From contig JANJGN010000019.1 of the NCBI GenBank assembly GCA_026770705.1, forward strand, positions 88,040,001-88,104,000: DNA of 64,000 bases, read 5' to 3'. A model generated the notes under the pieces. The model was not told where the DNA came from and did no database searches. It saw only the letters and a program-made list of their open reading frames with translations. The translations under genes and the position numbers were made by a program. This document shows, piece after piece, positions 63,001 to 64,000 of the stretch (position 1 is its first letter; every line of letters begins with the position of its first letter). The DNA comes from Isurus oxyrinchus. Lineage: Eukaryota.

Positions 63001-64000
63001 TTCCATACTCGGCATCGTGCTCACTCCAGTTCCATATTCTATACCAGACGGATTCCAATTCTATATGAATGAATCTGACTCCAGTTTCATATTCCGTATC
63101 AGACTGGCTCCAGTTCCATATTCTACATCGGATTGACTCTATTTCCACATTCTGTATCAAACTGACTTCAGTTCCACATTCTGTACTAGACTGGCTCCAG
63201 TTCCATATTCTGTATCAGCCTGCCTCCAGTTCCATCTTTGACCCCAGACCTACTCCAGTTCCATATTCTGTATCAGACTAACTCCAATTTCATATTCGGA
63301 ATGAATCTGACTCCAGTTGCATATTCTGTATCAGACTGACTCCAGTTCCATGTTCGGTTTCAGGCTGACTCCAGTTCCTTGTTCTGTACCGTACTGACTC
63401 CAGTTCCATATTTGGCATCGGACAGACTCCAGTTCCACATTCTGTATCAGTATGACTCCAGTTCCATAGTCTGTACCAGACTGCCTCCAGATCCATATTC
63501 AGTATAAATTTGACTCCAGTTCCACATTATGCATCAGACTGACTCCAGTTCCATATTCTGTATCAGACTGATTCCAATTCCATATTCTGTATCGGACTGA
63601 CTCCAGTCGCACATTTATAGATCAGACTGATTCTCGTTGTACATTCTGTATCAGACTGACTCCAGTTCCATATTATGTATCAGACTGACCTCAGTTACAT
63701 ATTCGGTATAAACCTGACTCCAGTTTCAAATTCTGTACCTGAATGAATCCAGTTCCATATTTGATATGAATTTGGTTGCAGTTCCACATTCTGTATCAGA
63801 CTGACACCAGTTCCATATTCGACATCAGATTGACTCTATTTCCACTTTCTGTATGAAGCTGACTTCAGTTCTATATTCGACATTGGACTGACTCCATTTC
63901 CACCTTCTGCATCAGACTGACTCCAGTTCCATAATTGACATCAGACTGACTCTATTTCCACATTCTGTATCAAGCTGACTTCAGTTCCACATTCTGTACT
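48081..64000. repeat. 29-bp satellite array (GACTGACTCCAGTTCCATATTCTGTATCA), >15.9 kb, roughly 550 monomers, running off the window
   Basis: Directly visible; diverged monomers. Confidence 0.98.
50163..51590 (-). repeat. Inverted block within the satellite
   Basis: Monomers read TGATACAGAATATGGAACTGGAGTCAGTC (reverse complement) in this interval. Confidence 0.97.

Noticed and set aside
48081-64000. Many W/N/S/E-rich ORFs suggesting a repeat protein
   Set aside because: The 29-bp unit is not a multiple of 3, and the ORFs are short and cycle through frames; this is satellite DNA.

Overview
Eukaryotic, repeat-dominated window with no intact host gene. The mix of CR1/HER1-type LINE tails, tRNA-SINEs, Neptune-type Penelope elements and Harbinger MITEs suggests a cartilaginous fish (shark); this taxon call is inference. 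Bases 1-48 kb are a mosaic of decayed, often nested elements: an RTE LINE, CR1-type LINEs, a Harbinger transposon and MITEs, Penelope elements with hammerhead-like motifs, a Gypsy LTR element, a solo LTR and an env-bearing LTR element. There is a 634-N gap. Bases 48.1-64 kb are a 29-bp satellite with an inverted block and higher-order duplications. Most notable: (i) a Gypsy element whose RT and most of RNase H are replaced, in frame with gag-protease, by a coiled-coil segment resembling host UACA/RAI14-family proteins; (ii) a pol-less LTR element retaining a class I fusion-type env (lokiretrovirus-like); (iii) several locally templated insertions. Family and homology calls are from motif recognition only; no searches were run.
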